Of a stretch of DNA of 64,000 nt, positions 30,009 to 39,375 are shown in pieces (positions within the stretch are counted from its first letter, which is position 1; each line of letters starts with the position of its first letter). A program made the position numbers and the translations under genes. The notes beneath the pieces were generated by a model, which did not search any database, had not been told where the DNA came from, and was given only the letters and a program-made list of their open reading frames with translations. Origin of the DNA: Candidatus Magasanikbacteria bacterium RIFCSPHIGHO2_01_FULL_41_23 (lineage in GTDB: Bacteria; Patescibacteriota; Patescibacteriia; Magasanikbacterales; UBA922); contig MFPT01000002.1 of the NCBI GenBank assembly GCA_001782805.1, forward strand, positions 133,401 through 197,400, in the 5' to 3' direction.

Positions 30009-30584
30009 TTAATCTGCCTTTTTCGCCACAATCACCTTCGCCACTTTCACCACTTTTCCTTTCATTATATATCCGCCATCAATTTCTCGAATAATAGTGT
30101 GTTCCGGCATCTCACTCACCTCTTCTCCCACACTATCATGCATTCGCGGATCAAACATTTCGCCAACGGTTTTTATTTCTTCAATCTGATGGGCTTTTAA
30201 GATATCGCCAAATTGTTTCATGATATAACCAATCCCTTGCGACCAATTGAGCCATTTTTTACCATCACTGCTTTCCGTTTGACTTTCTTCCACAACGTTC
30301 GGGACAGAGACAAACGCTTTTTTAAAATTATCATAGACAGGAATAAATTCTTCCAACACGCGCAGTTCGCTCCACGCTGCCCAATCTTTTTTTTGCTCGG
30401 CAACTTCGCGTTGCAAATTTTGGTAATCAGCCACTGCTCTTTGCCAGCCAGTCCGCAATGTTTCATTTTCTTTTTGCAATTGACCGGCCTCGTCATTAAT
30501 TTGTGCATTATTATTTTGTGTATCATTGACATCTTCTTCCGGCATAATCGGCTTTGTTGTTTGATTATCATCGATATTAGTCAT
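30009..30584 (-). CDS. grpE: Nucleotide exchange factor GrpE
   Basis: RAVADYQN, FDPRMHDSV, GY..KVIV; lies between hrcA and dnaK. Confidence 0.95.
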   Translation of the reverse strand: MTNIDDNQTTKPIMPEEDVNDTQNNNAQINDEAGQLQKENETLRTGWQRAVADYQNLQREVAEQKKDWAAWSELRVLEEFIPVYDNFKKAFVSVPNVVEESQTESSDGKKWLNWSQGIGYIMKQFGDILKAHQIEEIKTVGEMFDPRMHDSVGEEVSEMPEHTIIREIDGGYIMKGKVVKVAKVIVAKKAD

Positions 30585-31260
30585 ACTGGTTTTTTATAAA
30601 ATCAATTAAAGATTTACCTTTGGAATAATCCATACGGTGCGGTCCCAAAATCGTCAGCAATTTGCCACCAGGCAAACGCGCGCCAATCACACTGCAAACT
30701 CCGCCAAACGGATTTTCCGCACCAATGAAAATATGGGAAAAATCATCATCAAACTGTTCAAAGACTTCCTCAATATTTTCTTCACATTCATCAAAAATAT
30801 GCGATACGTCCACTGTTTGCGTCGAATCCTGAAACTCCGGCTGGGAAAATAAATTAGATAATCCGGTATAATACACTGTATTCCGGCCAAATGCCAGAAC
30901 TACGGCACTGTTCATTTCACCGGCGATTAATTTGCCCAATTGCTTTAATTGAATATTCTCCTCATCGTTTTCAGTGGTCAAAGTTTCAATGTTCACTTTT
31001 ATTTTTTTGGACAGTTCCTTTGGTCCTAATAATTCTTGAACATAAAAACGATAGCCTGTTTCCGTAGGAATCCGACCGGCCGAAACATGGGGATGGGTTA
31101 AAAAACCCGCGTCTTCCAAATCCCGCATCTCATTGCGCACCGTCGCGTCACTCATATCTAGGCTATATTCTGACACCAAAAATTTGGAGCCGATCGGTTC
31201 AGCCGTTTCAATATAGCTTTCCACAATCAGGCGCAATAAATTGTGCCGGCGATTAACCAT
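30577..31260 (-). CDS. hrcA: Heat-inducible repressor HrcA (short form)
   Basis: YIETAEPIGS, SDATVRNEM, PHVSAGRIPT..GYRFYV, ILGPHRMDY. Confidence 0.95.
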   Translation of the reverse strand: MVNRRHNLLRLIVESYIETAEPIGSKFLVSEYSLDMSDATVRNEMRDLEDAGFLTHPHVSAGRIPTETGYRFYVQELLGPKELSKKIKVNIETLTTENDEENIQLKQLGKLIAGEMNSAVVLAFGRNTVYYTGLSNLFSQPEFQDSTQTVDVSHIFDECEENIEEVFEQFDDDFSHIFIGAENPFGGVCSVIGARLPGGKLLTILGPHRMDYSKGKSLIDFIKNQYD

Positions 31261-31283
31261 ATGTTTCTTGGAACATCAGTATT

Positions 31284-31310
31284 TTAGCACTCAAATAGGT
31301 AGAGTGTTAA
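31284..31310. promoter_or_regulatory. CIRCE operator
   Basis: TTAGCACTC-N9-GAGTGTTAA (one mismatch to consensus) directly upstream of hrcA. Confidence 0.95.
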
Positions 31311-31394
31311 GATACCAGCTGTGGATAAGATTGTCAATAATCAAAAAATCCCCTGAGCGACTTGTGGGGGATTAATTGTCTAGACCAAGGTCAT

Positions 31395-31991
31395 TTATTC
31401 CGCCGCTTTAATCTTTGCTCCAGCCGTAATATCCGACACTTCACTCAAAAGCACATTTTCCACATAAATACCGCGCGGATAAAATATGCGTTCCAATTCA
31501 TTTTTCAATTCCAATTCCACATCATCGCGTTTAGCGCCAATCACATCATTCACGTTAAAACGGCTCACCACCATGCGAATGCGACTGCGTACTGTGGGAC
31601 GGATAATTTTAGACACAAAATCCTCGCCAATGGTTTGCCAAATATGAGGAATTTGATGCACATCCAACCGCAGTAACAACGTGCCTTCCACTGCCACTTT
31701 TTTACCATCTTCAGATACGGCCGCAATCGGAATATCGCCCAAAGCTTTTTCATTCTGCAGATTGAATTCTCGCGAAATACTGTATTCAAGTGTTTGGACA
31801 TTAAACAGCTTGGCTTTTTGCCAAAAAGGAATTTTAAAATGCAGTCCGGGCATGAGCACTTTTTTCAAAACTCCCCGACCCAAATCATACACGCAGGCCA
31901 CGTATCCAGGCGGAACATAAATAAAAAATCCCTTAAGAACATCTTCCACGACGAACGAATACATTAATTTATCGAGTGATTCCGTGGACAT
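31395..31991 (-). CDS. SPFH/band 7/prohibitin family protein
   Basis: VPPGYVACV..GRGV..PGLHFKIPF, KIIRPTVRSRIR, RGIYVENVLL. Confidence 0.85.
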   Translation of the reverse strand: MSTESLDKLMYSFVVEDVLKGFFIYVPPGYVACVYDLGRGVLKKVLMPGLHFKIPFWQKAKLFNVQTLEYSISREFNLQNEKALGDIPIAAVSEDGKKVAVEGTLLLRLDVHQIPHIWQTIGEDFVSKIIRPTVRSRIRMVVSRFNVNDVIGAKRDDVELELKNELERIFYPRGIYVENVLLSEVSDITAGAKIKAAE

Positions 31992-32011
31992 ATTTTTTTG
32001 AAATTATGGTA

Positions 32012-32124
32012 TTAAAAATAAAAATTCACTGCAAATCTTTTTCTGAGATCCGCCCGACCGGGACGGACTCAAAAAAGCTTTAGGAGTTTATCCCGACTTG
32101 TCGGGGTTCCATTTTTATTTTTAA
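32012..32124 (+). repeat. Dispersed multi-stem intergenic repeat, copy 2
   Basis: 14-bp terminal IR TTAAAAATAAAAAT/ATTTTTATTTTTAA; same cores as 17173-17326. Confidence 0.85.
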
Positions 32125-32138
32125 CAATTATTTAAAAT

Positions 32139-32843
32139 TTAATGCGATGCTGACTTTTTCTTATCTCCAACAATGGCTTTCATAAACTGGTGGATTATAA
32201 ACGAAAAAAGCATAGATGTCAAGATGAACACTGATTTAACCGCTGGCAACCACCACAGAAAAAAAGCGACAAACAGAGGAAAAGCCACGAAATACAACAA
32301 ATCAGAACTTGACGCTTTTTGCCCGCGCAGCATAAAGTAGATTTCTCCGGCCAGCCACAGACCCACTATGCCGGGCCAAAAATACGTGTGAGTGAGCGCC
32401 AGATTAAAACCAAAAAAAATCGTATTGATTTTGCCCGGAAAATCAACAGCCGGATACAAAATCTTCATAATTTTGTCACCTGTTATCCCCCGCAAAAAGA
32501 CCTGATACAATAAAATAAAAACCAACACTTGCACTCCAATGGAAACAAATTTGGCCCATGGATACACGCGGCGTTTTTTGAGAATTTTTCTAATTTCCTG
32601 CTTCTTCAAAACCGGATCATGTAAGTACTCCCGATCAATGCGCTGAACTTCGTCGTATAACGCCTCATTTTTGATTTTGCCTTTTTCCGTCACTATCGTA
32701 AAAGGCAACAACACTATTCGTAGAATAATCGTCAAATACACAATCGCCCAACCCAAATTTTGGTCAGTCCAGTTATTGTATATCCAAATCAGAAAATTAA
32801 AGAGAGGCTGATATAGGAAATCATTCCAAAGGAAGGGAAGCAT
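32139..32843 (-). CDS. YidC/Oxa1 family membrane insertase-like protein
   Basis: LYQPLFNFL, NLGWAIVYLTIILRIVLLP, cytoplasmic coiled hairpin, multiple TMs. Confidence 0.8.
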   Translation of the reverse strand: MLPFLWNDFLYQPLFNFLIWIYNNWTDQNLGWAIVYLTIILRIVLLPFTIVTEKGKIKNEALYDEVQRIDREYLHDPVLKKQEIRKILKKRRVYPWAKFVSIGVQVLVFILLYQVFLRGITGDKIMKILYPAVDFPGKINTIFFGFNLALTHTYFWPGIVGLWLAGEIYFMLRGQKASSSDLLYFVAFPLFVAFFLWWLPAVKSVFILTSMLFSFIIHQFMKAIVGDKKKSASH

Positions 32844-32885
32844 AGTAGAATCACTATAGCAAAAAAAAATCCATCCGTAAACCGG

Positions 32886-33827
32886 CTATTTTCCTTGGGC
32901 AATCAAATCAATTAAACCAAAAATCCAAATCAAATTCACTTCATCGGCCACTTGTTCGGATACGACGCCCGTTGTTTCCACTGTTATGGCATGCTCCGCT
33001 CCCAAACGATGCAGCAAATCAGGAAAAGAACCTTCATACCGAATGATGAAACCATCCGCATCACTTTTCAAATCCGGATCATCAAGCACAATCTGACCAT
33101 CACGGACAACTTCCGGCACAAAATCCGAACCATTGAGATAACCGGAATTGACATACTCATTGGCTAAAATCGGAACAATCTCACGAATTTTTTCCACTAT
33201 AACGTGATAACGCGCAACATCTCCATACGCATAATGATACGCATATGGCCGGTTAATAAAATTATCACCATGTAAATCAATGACGCCGACAATTTGTGAC
33301 AAAGGTAATTTTTTCAGTTCGGTATGGAGCAGAGTGGTTTCTTGGGGCAAATGAAATCTAAACATTGAATCCGATGACCATTTCCACTCTTTAAATTCAT
33401 TTTTTGATCCCAAATCATCGGTCATAGTGCCGTCGGCCAAAATATAACGAACAAAGTCATTATTACCCGCATCACCCCGATCCCCCTCAATATTATATCG
33501 CGTGCGAGCTTCAAATCCGGAGGGATTGTCCAATGGAAAAACAATTAGCTTAACGCCGCGTTCATGCGCGTAATCAAATATCTGACCAATATGTTTCATT
33601 AGTGTTAATACGCCTGCGGTTTCATTGCCGTGAATGCCGGCCCGAATCAAAAGAATTTTTTCAGTCAACAAAACTGGCGCGGAAGAAATTTTTACATAGT
33701 CGTATTTTTTTTCTTCGCATAAATTTTTATAATTCAGTTCCCCTACTTTTTCCATTCTAACATCGGTGTGATTATCAAGCGCGTTATGAATTTTTTTCAA
33801 AAATTGTTGATGCGTTGGTAATACCAT
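32886..33827 (-). CDS. M14-like succinylglutamate desuccinylase/aspartoacylase family peptidase
   Basis: AGIHGNE, NPSG..RYN, IDLH, TVET. Confidence 0.8.
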   Translation of the reverse strand: MVLPTHQQFLKKIHNALDNHTDVRMEKVGELNYKNLCEEKKYDYVKISSAPVLLTEKILLIRAGIHGNETAGVLTLMKHIGQIFDYAHERGVKLIVFPLDNPSGFEARTRYNIEGDRGDAGNNDFVRYILADGTMTDDLGSKNEFKEWKWSSDSMFRFHLPQETTLLHTELKKLPLSQIVGVIDLHGDNFINRPYAYHYAYGDVARYHVIVEKIREIVPILANEYVNSGYLNGSDFVPEVVRDGQIVLDDPDLKSDADGFIIRYEGSFPDLLHRLGAEHAITVETTGVVSEQVADEVNLIWIFGLIDLIAQGK

Positions 33828-33840
33828 ATTGGTTTCCCTA

Positions 33841-35328
33841 TTATTCTTTCTCCCAATCTTGAACATCTTGCAAATACTCATCTTTAACTTTCAAAAAATA
33901 TTCTTTCACCGCGTCGTACTCATTCGGAATTAGACCATCAAGAATCGCGTCTTCCAAAGCTTTTTTTATTTTGCCAATTGTTGGACCGGATTTAAGCCCG
34001 CACATTTCCATAATTTCTTCGCCCCGCACCGGAGACTGAAACGCGCGCAACTTGTCTTTTTCCATTACTTCCAGAATGCGTTTCTCCAAAACATCGTAAT
34101 TTTTTAGCCGTTGCCCTTTTTTCTTGGGATTTCCCGTGGTAATATCCGCCCGACACAAAATAAGTAAATCAGCCAAATCATCACCCGCGTTCACAATCAA
34201 ACGACGAATTGGCGCGTCTGTGATTCCATCATCGGTAATCGCGATGGGATACAAATGCCAACGAACTAATTTCGCTACATATTCAATTTCTTCTTTGCTA
34301 AAACGCAAACGACGCGAAATTACGCGCGCTTGTTTTTTGCCTAAATGTTCGTGCATATCAAAAGTCCAGCCGCGACCGGACACGAATTTTTTTGTTTCGG
34401 GCTTGGCAATGTCATGCAATAAACCAGCATAACGCAAAAGTGACTTGGGACTTTGCAGCGCAATATTATCCACCACTTTAAACGTATGCGACAAATTATC
34501 TTTGTGCTGATATCCATACACATCCTCAATTCCTTCAAGCATTGATATTTCCGGTAAAAATTCATTGAATAATTTTGTTTCGTGCAAAATATACAAACCG
34601 ATGGAAGGAATTTTAGTGGCCAATAATTTCATTAATTCTTCTCTGATTCGTTCCGGCGAAACGATTTTTAACCGCGCGCGATTGACTGACAACGCCTCGT
34701 ATGTTTTGTGCTCAATGCTAAAACCAAGTTGAGCCGCAAATCGCGCCGCGCGTAACATCCGGAGCGGATCTTCGGAAAATGTCTCAGCGGAATTAAGCGG
34801 CGTGCGCAACAGTTTATTGGTTAAATCAATCTGACCATTAAACGGATCAATAATTTCCGCGCTCACTGCGCCAGCCAAAACTTCTCGAGCCATGGCATTA
34901 ATGGTAAAATCTCGCCGTGACAAATCCAAATCCAAAGTAGTCGCGGTTATTGTTGGTTTGCGAGAATTTTTCTCATAGGCTTCAGCGCGAGCGCCGGCAA
35001 ACTCAACTTCTTTAATTCCCTCGTTGTCGGCAAAAACAAAGCGCGCTGTATCAAAATCCGGAAATTCAATGAGACTTCCGACTTTGGCTTCGGATTCTTG
35101 AGCACTATGACCAAATTTGTCCGTATCCTCAACTTCTTTTACGCCGAGCATTTCCGCAAACGCGCGGGCAAATTCCAATCCACTGCCAACGATGACAAAA
35201 TCAATGTCTTTTTTATGACATCCCGAATTTAAAATCTCATCACGCACATAACCCCCGACCACATAGGCGGTTTGATTTGTTTTTTGGGAAATTTTATATA
35301 CGACCACGAAAATTTCTGATTCATTCAT
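33841..35328 (-). CDS. cca: CCA tRNA nucleotidyltransferase with HD domain
   Basis: VGGYVRD, DIDF, DLSRRDFTINAMA, EDPLRMLRAARF, LLHDIAKP. Confidence 0.92.
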   Translation of the reverse strand: MNESEIFVVVYKISQKTNQTAYVVGGYVRDEILNSGCHKKDIDFVIVGSGLEFARAFAEMLGVKEVEDTDKFGHSAQESEAKVGSLIEFPDFDTARFVFADNEGIKEVEFAGARAEAYEKNSRKPTITATTLDLDLSRRDFTINAMAREVLAGAVSAEIIDPFNGQIDLTNKLLRTPLNSAETFSEDPLRMLRAARFAAQLGFSIEHKTYEALSVNRARLKIVSPERIREELMKLLATKIPSIGLYILHETKLFNEFLPEISMLEGIEDVYGYQHKDNLSHTFKVVDNIALQSPKSLLRYAGLLHDIAKPETKKFVSGRGWTFDMHEHLGKKQARVISRRLRFSKEEIEYVAKLVRWHLYPIAITDDGITDAPIRRLIVNAGDDLADLLILCRADITTGNPKKKGQRLKNYDVLEKRILEVMEKDKLRAFQSPVRGEEIMEMCGLKSGPTIGKIKKALEDAILDGLIPNEYDAVKEYFLKVKDEYLQDVQDWEKE

Positions 35329-35344
35329 ATTATAAAGCGTATTG

Positions 35345-35402
35345 ATTAAAATAAAAATGGAATCCCGACAAAAAAAGATTTGCAGTGAATTTTTATTTTA
35401 AT
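35345..35402 (-). repeat. Dispersed multi-stem intergenic repeat, copy 3 (internally deleted, inverted)
   Basis: Reverse complement reads AAAATAAAAATTCACTGCAAATCTTTTTTTGTCGGGATTCCATTTTTATTTT, i.e. both ends of copy 2 joined. Confidence 0.8.
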
Positions 35403-35406
35403 TTCT

Positions 35407-36240
35407 TTAGATCAAATACCACAAAATAAAAACACCGATAATTACTCGATACACGACAAACGGCATAAAACTCCATTTTTTAACAATTTTTAATAATCCA
35501 CTAATCGCGACCAATCCGCTTAAAAAAGCCACCACAAATCCCAACAACATTATATTAATTTCCTCGCCGTTAAAATTGACATTATATAATTTATATAAGG
35601 CATCCAAACCGGCCAACGCCGTAATCGGCACACTCATTAAAAAAGAAAATTCCGCGGCCGCGCTTCGACTTAATCCGGAAAATAAACCTGCAGTCATAGT
35701 AATCCCTGATCGCGATGTTCCGGGTAAAAATGCCAAAACCTGAGCAAAACTCATCACCATGATTGATTTTATATTTTTATCGAAAATATTTTCTGTTCCG
35801 ACTTGACTCTTGGTTAAGCTCGGTCGAATCTCTGGAACTTGCTTTTTCTTATTTGCATAATAATCAGCGACACCCAAAACAATTCCCCAGACAATTAGAT
35901 TAATCCCAACCAATAATGCGTTTCGTTCGTTGGTTTGCAAAAATAATCCCACGACTCCGGCCGGAAGCGCGCTGACCATAATCATCCAACCGATTTTTCT
36001 ATCAGCGCGCAATTCTTGTCCTCGTGAAAAAATCGCCAAAATTAATTGCCCTAACTTTTTCCGAAAATAAATAATCACGGCCAAGAGCGTACCCAAGTGC
36101 ATCACCAGATCAAACGCCACACCTTGATCCGTCCAACCGAATAACTTTGGAATAAAAATAAGATGACCGGATGAAGAAACCGGTAAAAATTCCGTTAATC
36201 CTTGGATAAGACCCAAGACAATCGCTTGAACCGAAGTCAT
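35407..36240 (-). CDS. uppP: Undecaprenyl-diphosphate phosphatase
   Basis: QGLTEFLPVSSSGH, HLGT, PGTSRSGIT, AEFSFL. Confidence 0.96.
   Translation of the reverse strand: MTSVQAIVLGLIQGLTEFLPVSSSGHLIFIPKLFGWTDQGVAFDLVMHLGTLLAVIIYFRKKLGQLILAIFSRGQELRADRKIGWMIMVSALPAGVVGLFLQTNERNALLVGINLIVWGIVLGVADYYANKKKQVPEIRPSLTKSQVGTENIFDKNIKSIMVMSFAQVLAFLPGTSRSGITMTAGLFSGLSRSAAAEFSFLMSVPITALAGLDALYKLYNVNFNGEEINIMLLGFVVAFLSGLVAISGLLKIVKKWSFMPFVVYRVIIGVFILWYLI
35795..35838 (-). repeat. Palindromic repeat inserted in frame in uppP (encodes VPEIRPSLTKSQVGT)
   Basis: GTTCC..TTCGACCGAGCTT..GTCGGAAC; terminal GTTCC/GGAAC pair and TTCGAC..GCT core. Confidence 0.55.
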
Positions 36241-36301
36241 ATTTGTCAAAATCACTGGCCTAAATGTACCAAATTTTACCCAAAAAAACAAGCCAAATGA
36301 A

Positions 36302-36330
36302 TTGACAAAACCAAGTTATTGCCGTATAAG
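36302..36330 (+). promoter_or_regulatory. Sigma70-like promoter
   Basis: TTGACA-17 nt-TATAAG. Confidence 0.7.
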
Positions 36331-36368
36331 TTCACTGTCCGGTCGGCCTCCTACGCAGGAGGTGACCA

Positions 36369-36737
36369 ATGAGAATACTTGTTGTGGATGACCAACCCGC
36401 GGTCAGAAAATTACTCGTCCGCTTCCTCGAAGGACGCGGGCATAGTGTGACAACTGCCAGCAACGGCAATGAAGGATTCGCCGCTGACCAGACCACGATG
36501 GATCTGGTGATTACAGATCTGGAAATGCCGGAAATGTCCGGCGACCAGATGATCAATCAGCTCCACGAATCAGGCAAGGACATCCCGTTCATCTTGATGT
36601 CAGGGAATCATCAAGAGCTCGGGGTTCGTGGTTTGGCTCTCAAACAGTGGAACATTCGTGTTGCCACTATTCAGAAGCCGTTCTCTCCCAGCCTACTCGT
36701 CACCACGGTGGCCGACGAGTTCGGGTTGAAGATCTAA
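36369..36737 (+). CDS. Stand-alone response regulator receiver (CheY-like)
   Basis: RILVVDD, DLVITDLEMPEMSG, MSG, QKPF; SD AGGAGGTG. Confidence 0.92.
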   Translation: MRILVVDDQPAVRKLLVRFLEGRGHSVTTASNGNEGFAADQTTMDLVITDLEMPEMSGDQMINQLHESGKDIPFILMSGNHQELGVRGLALKQWNIRVATIQKPFSPSLLVTTVADEFGLKI

Positions 36738-36769
36738 CTTGGAGGCCGATCGGACACCTCCACACAAAC

Positions 36770-36803
36770 AAAAAATCTCTCCTTAAATATAGAGAGATTT
36801 TTT
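36770..36803. terminator. Bidirectional intrinsic terminator
   Basis: AAAAAATCTCTC-loop-GAGAGATTTTTT between convergent genes. Confidence 0.75.
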
Positions 36804-36821
36804 TATTAAAATTTGTTCCAA

Positions 36822-37976
36822 TTAACTCTGTGACAATGATTGTTTCAACTCCTCTATTTTATCTATTTTTTCCCACGGAAATTCCGGCCGACCAAAATGA
36901 CCATAGGCCGCAGTCTCGCGATAAATTGGACGTTTTAGATTAAAGTATTCAATGATTTTTCCCGGACGAAAATCAAAAACTTTTATAATAGCGGAGACAA
37001 GAGCGCTATCACTCACCGTGCCCGTACCAAATGTATTAATGTTTACGCTGGTTGGTTCGGCGCGGCCAATGACGTACGAAACTTGGACTTCACATTTTTT
37101 GGCTAGACCGGCGGCTACAATATTTTTGGCCACATAGCGCACCATATACGCGCCGGAACGATCCACTTTGGATGGATCTTTTCCGGAAAAACAACCACCA
37201 CCATGCCGTCCCATACCGCCATACGTGTCCACAATTATTTTGCGACCGGTCAAACCCGTGTCTCCGTGCGGTCCGCCAATCACAAATCGTCCGGTCATAT
37301 TAATAAAAAATTGCGTTTTATCGTCAATAAAATCCTGGCACACTGGTTTAATCACTTTTTCCAGAACATCAGTCCGAAGTTGTTCCAGCGTTACCGTATC
37401 ATGATGCTGTGCGGCCACGACCACATTTTCCAAACGCGTTGGCCGGCCGTCAACATATTCCACTGCCACTTGGGTTTTTCCATCAGGTCGAAGATATGGA
37501 ATAGTTCCATTTTTACGCACTTCCGATAATTTTTTCGCCAAACGATGCGCGAGTGAAATTGGTAATGGCATGAGTTCCGGTGTTTCATCACAAGCATAAC
37601 CAAACATCAAACCTTGATCTCCTGCTCCTTGTTCTTCCGCGCTCGGTTTTGTTACACCTTGCGCAATGTCCGGTGATTGTTCGTGAATCGCGGCGAGGAC
37701 TCCGGCGTGTTCCGCGTCTATGCCATAATCCGGATTAGTGTACCCAATACTTTCAATCACTTCGCGCGTTATTTTTTGGACATCCACATAACCACGCGTG
37801 GTGACTTCCCCACCCACAATGACTAAACCGGTGGTAGTAAAACATTCCACGGCCACGCGCGATTCCGGGTCTTGCGCCAAAAGCGCGTCCAACACCGCGT
37901 CGGAAATCTGATCACAAATTTTGTCCGGATGACCTTCAGTCACGGATTCGGACGTAAAAATAAATTTTTCGGCCAT
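36822..37976 (-). CDS. metK: S-adenosylmethionine synthetase
   Basis: [46 protein letters not shown]. Confidence 0.99.
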   Translation of the reverse strand: MAEKFIFTSESVTEGHPDKICDQISDAVLDALLAQDPESRVAVECFTTTGLVIVGGEVTTRGYVDVQKITREVIESIGYTNPDYGIDAEHAGVLAAIHEQSPDIAQGVTKPSAEEQGAGDQGLMFGYACDETPELMPLPISLAHRLAKKLSEVRKNGTIPYLRPDGKTQVAVEYVDGRPTRLENVVVAAQHHDTVTLEQLRTDVLEKVIKPVCQDFIDDKTQFFINMTGRFVIGGPHGDTGLTGRKIIVDTYGGMGRHGGGCFSGKDPSKVDRSGAYMVRYVAKNIVAAGLAKKCEVQVSYVIGRAEPTSVNINTFGTGTVSDSALVSAIIKVFDFRPGKIIEYFNLKRPIYRETAAYGHFGRPEFPWEKIDKIEELKQSLSQS

Positions 37977-37988
37977 AAAGGCGTTTAG

Positions 37989-38129
37989 ACACCGATGGAA
38001 ACTCGAGGGACGAGCAGGACGTTGTTGACTAGCAAGCTTCCTTTGTCAAAGGAAATTACCACCCTTCGACCGCTCACTTGTGGTGAGATAGCCGAACCAG
38101 GGTAAACCAACAACGAACACCATTGGTAT
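37989..38129 (-). ncRNA. Candidate structured 5' leader RNA of metK
   Basis: Nested stems on the minus strand: AUACCAAUGG/CCAUCGGUGU, CGUUGUUG/CAACAACG, UUCCUUUG/CAAAGGAA, CUCG/CGAG. Confidence 0.5.
38062..38107 (+). repeat. ~46-nt palindromic repeat element
   Basis: CCCTTCGACCGCTCACTTGTGGTGAGATAGCCGAACCAGGGTAAAC, similar to 17215-17263 and 63387-63432. Confidence 0.75.
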
Positions 38130-38182
38130 GAATAATGATTTAATGATAACAAAAACCGAAATTTTTTACAAGAATAAAATCT

Positions 38183-39334
38183 TTATCTTTCAATAAAATG
38201 ACGCACAATACTTTCAATAGTAATACATTCAAAATGAGCATTTGGATAGACGGTTTTGAATGAAATCGGCGCGTTAGCCATTTCCTTCCATTTGCATTCA
38301 TAAGCAAAAATATCTTTACCTCCACTCAATGATTCAACAAAATCCACTTCACCTCCCTGTCTATTCCTCCAAAAATGTATATCACTTGAACGCTGACTAT
38401 AAGCGCGCTCCTTTATTTTTTCAGCAATAAAAAAATTCTCAAATATCGCGCCCTTATCCGGTCGAATATCTATCGAATCAGTATTGCCGATGAGTGCGTT
38501 TCTTATCCCGACATCATAAAAATATATTTTGTGACTCTTATTAATCTCTTTTGTTTTATTGGTATAAAGCGGTGTCAAACGAAAAATAATAAAAGCCTGT
38601 TCAAGCAGATTTATATAATTATAGATAGTATCTCTACTCACGCCGACTTCTTTCGCCAGCTCTGTATACGAAGCCTCGCTTCCAATACGCAAAGCAAGAA
38701 GTTTTACCAGTTTTTCAAAAGCAAACGAGTTGCGTATATCTCCAAATAAAAATAAATCTTTGAACAGATAATCGCCGGCTAGCTCTTTTATAAGTATCGC
38801 CTTTTCTTCTCTGGAATTGGCGTTAACAATTCCTGGATACAAACCGAATGTCAGATAGGAATCAAGTTCCTTGTCTATATTTATCTTCCCATATGCGTCA
38901 ACAAGCTCTTTAATTGATAATGGATATAAATAAAATTTACGATTTCTTCCAGTCAATGGCTCATTTAATTTATTGGCTAATTCAAATGAAGATGATCCGC
39001 TAGCAATAACTCGTGCATCTTCCACATTGTCCGCTATCAGTTTAAGCGTAGTGCCAATATCTTTTACTCTTTGTGCTTCGTCAATTACTACTAATTCATA
39101 GCCGGACACGAGCGAAGCCAGTTCTTTGGCGGATTTATGTTCAAGTAAAAGGGCTTCTTTAGGATCGTCTCCCTGTAAATACAAGGTATTGGAAAACTTG
39201 GCCATGATAGACTTTATCAAAGTAGTTTTGCCAACCTGTCGCGCACCATAAAGCACCAAAATTGGTTTTTTACCTATATTGTCATAGATTTGATCAAAAA
39301 TTGTTCTTATATAATTCATAGGTATAATATACAA
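38183..39334 (-). CDS. AAA+ ATPase (AAA_14 plus DUF4143)
   Basis: GARQVGKTT, IDEAQ, SGSS, EPLTGR, YFYDVGIRN, EVDFV..ECKW. Confidence 0.92.
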   Translation of the reverse strand: MYIIPMNYIRTIFDQIYDNIGKKPILVLYGARQVGKTTLIKSIMAKFSNTLYLQGDDPKEALLLEHKSAKELASLVSGYELVVIDEAQRVKDIGTTLKLIADNVEDARVIASGSSSFELANKLNEPLTGRNRKFYLYPLSIKELVDAYGKINIDKELDSYLTFGLYPGIVNANSREEKAILIKELAGDYLFKDLFLFGDIRNSFAFEKLVKLLALRIGSEASYTELAKEVGVSRDTIYNYINLLEQAFIIFRLTPLYTNKTKEINKSHKIYFYDVGIRNALIGNTDSIDIRPDKGAIFENFFIAEKIKERAYSQRSSDIHFWRNRQGGEVDFVESLSGGKDIFAYECKWKEMANAPISFKTVYPNAHFECITIESIVRHFIER

Positions 39335-39375
39335 TATAAGTACTTAAAATGTCAAGTATACCCGCATTTTATATA

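Noticed and set aside
37989-38129. Known SAM-I/II/III riboswitch, SRP RNA or 6S RNA
   Set aside because: Consensus motifs (AUC..GAU with GCAACC; SRP CAGG-GNRA-AGCA; symmetric 6S bubble) are not found by eye
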